DNA of 64,000 nucleotides, taken from positions 45,205 through 109,204 of the forward strand of contig CBESNA010000007.1 of the NCBI GenBank assembly GCA_965530755.1, in the 5' to 3' direction. Source of the stretch: an uncultured Acidimicrobiia bacterium. GTDB taxonomy: Bacteria; Actinomycetota; Acidimicrobiia; Acidimicrobiales; SZUA-35. Positions 62,952 through 64,000 of this stretch are shown piece by piece. The translations under genes and the position numbers were made by a program. The stretch's first letter is position 1. Each line of letters opens with the position of its first letter. The notes beneath the pieces are model-generated. The model was given only the letters and a program-made list of their open reading frames with translations, did no database searches and was not told the DNA's origin.

Positions 62952-63731
62952 TCAAGCTGCCGCCTGTCGTCTCGCATGAGCCCGTTCGAGCCCAATGGAG
63001 ATGGCGTAGAAGAAAAGACCGAGGGCACAGGCGCCGATGACATAGGCCCAGGTCACGTCCTTGCTTCCATTCAGCGAATTCCGGACGCCCGTGGCGAGAC
63101 CGTTCTGGACCCCGCCGAAGTACTCGGCGACGAACGCCGTGATGACAGCCAACGGCGCAGCGATCCTGAGGGCCGTGAAGAAGTAGCCGAGCGCGTTGGG
63201 CAACCGGACCTTGAACAAGATCTCGGCCGGAGACGCTGCGTAGGAGCGCATCAGTTCGAGGTGTGCCGGCTTCACCTGCCGGAGGCCCTTGCTGACGTTG
63301 ACGAACACGACGAAGAAGACGATCAGCGCGACCATCAGACGCCTCGGCACCTGGCTCGTGGTCCCGAACAGCATGTTGTTGAGGATCGGAACGATCACCA
63401 CGATCGGGACGGCATTGAGAGCGACGGCAAGCGGCGTCAACAGCTCCTCGAGCAGCCGGAACCGAACGGTGACGAAGCTCAGCGTCACACCGGCCAACAC
63501 ACCGAGCAGAAGCCCGATCCCGGCGTTGGTACCCGTGACGAGCGTTTGCTCGACGACATCGTCGAATCGCTCGATGAACGCCGACCAGATGGCGGTCGGA
63601 GCCGGGAGGGTGAACGGCTTGATCCCGAAACCCGCGACGATGGCTTCCCACAGCAGGAGGAAGCCCACGCCGAACACGAGGGGCGGCCAGATGACATCAA
63701 GAGTTTTGCGCGTGGCGGTGGGAGCAGTCAT
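62952..63731 (-). CDS. ABC transporter permease (NitT/TauT family)
   Basis: 259 aa, 6 TM segments, with the EAA-like loop ...ELMRSYAASPAEILFKVRLPNALGY. Confidence 0.9.
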   Translation of the reverse strand: MTAPTATRKTLDVIWPPLVFGVGFLLLWEAIVAGFGIKPFTLPAPTAIWSAFIERFDDVVEQTLVTGTNAGIGLLLGVLAGVTLSFVTVRFRLLEELLTPLAVALNAVPIVVIVPILNNMLFGTTSQVPRRLMVALIVFFVVFVNVSKGLRQVKPAHLELMRSYAASPAEILFKVRLPNALGYFFTALRIAAPLAVITAFVAEYFGGVQNGLATGVRNSLNGSKDVTWAYVIGACALGLFFYAISIGLERAHARRQAAA

Positions 63732-64000
63732 CTGTCCTCGATGCCTCGATGTTCTGCGCCGAGTTCAGCACCTCGGAGTGCTTCGCGAACCTCGATGATC
63801 TTCTTGTAGAAGCTGTCGTCTTCTCTCATCTCCTCGGTGCGGCCACGACCGAGGTCGACATCGATCACATCGGTGATTCGCCCTGGGCCGGCCGACATGA
63901 CCACCACGCGAGTCGACAAGTAGACCGCCTCGGGAATGGAGTGAGTGACGAACACGACGGTGGTCTTCGTCGCGTCGCAGATCTGGAGCAGTTCAGCCTG
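63728..64000 (-). CDS. ABC transporter ATP-binding protein, C-terminal part; continues beyond the right edge
   Basis: ...TTVVFVTHSIPEAVYLSTRVVVMSAGPGRI is the H-loop/D-loop region of NitT/TauT ATPases. 4-nt overlap with the permease gene. Confidence 0.85.
   Translation of the reverse strand, partial: QAELLQICDATKTTVVFVTHSIPEAVYLSTRVVVMSAGPGRITDVIDVDLGRGRTEEMREDDSFYKKIIEVREALRGAELGAEHRGIEDR

Noticed and set aside
61729-63651. 640-aa ORF spanning the substrate-binding-protein gene and most of the permease gene
   Set aside because: Only the C-terminal 387 aa (from ATG 62892, with lipoprotein signal) look real. The N-terminal 253 aa are Arg-rich and overlap the bona fide permease gene in another frame.
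1-64000. Prophage, integrative element or transposon content
   Set aside because: No integrase, transposase, recombinase, phage structural genes, tRNA attachment site or long terminal repeats were recognised on either strand.

Overview
The window looks like a high-GC, actinobacterial-type chromosomal segment (GC not computed). It is densely packed with about 75 protein genes on both strands. I found no rRNA, tRNA, CRISPR array, transposase or integrase. Most long ORFs in the track that lie antisense to these genes are Arg/Pro/Gly-rich shadow ORFs typical of high-GC DNA, and I ignored them.

Recognisable content, left to right:
- ApbE fragment, alpha/beta hydrolase lipoprotein, MFS transporter.
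- A Bcp/PrxQ peroxiredoxin interrupted by a single in-frame TGA, coupled to a VIT-family transporter.
- PEP-utilising-domain protein, hotdog thioesterase, SRPBCC protein and TetR regulator.
- A YjjI/YjjW glycyl-radical enzyme and activase pair.
- DUF305 protein plus a CopB-type (CPH motif, His-rich) P-type ATPase behind a MerR-type promoter.
- Nei glycosylase, choline sulfatase, and a PepSY protein and metallophosphoesterase next to an OmpR-type two-component system.
- ArsR/Aha1-like pair.
- A nitrite/NO island: an Rrf2, YwiC-like, cupin, group III truncated haemoglobin and small TM protein operon, then an HTH regulator with a NuoF-like flavoprotein, then a three-domain NirK and a DUF1971 protein.
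- A truncated SARP regulator, an ArsR-rhodanese fusion, several MFS transporters and a GDT1-family transporter.
- An orphan CYP153-type P450 beside F420/PNPOx-type enzymes.
- pta-ackA.
- An ars-like cluster (ArsR, Cys-motif permease, Trx-like protein, ACR3).
- An adenylate cyclase/NB-ARC/TPR STAND protein, MscS, an FTR1 iron permease, a STAS-like/HK/RR operon, and an NMT1-type ABC transporter.

Most interesting observations:
1. The TGA in the peroxiredoxin sits exactly at the peroxidatic-Cys codon and is followed by a SECIS-like hairpin, so this is a candidate selenoprotein.
2. The uncharacterised YjjI/YjjW glycyl-radical system.
3. The nitrite/NO island, which has a shared AT-rich motif in its promoter regions.
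4. A near-textbook MerR-type operator with no MerR gene in the window.
5. Helically phased direct repeats flanking the PepSY gene.
6. Several deletion or frameshift scars: the SARP regulator, NTase/APH remnants, VOC/HAD remnants, and a DUF1566 lipoprotein whose signal peptide is in a different frame.

All family assignments come from motif recognition by eye. No database search was run.
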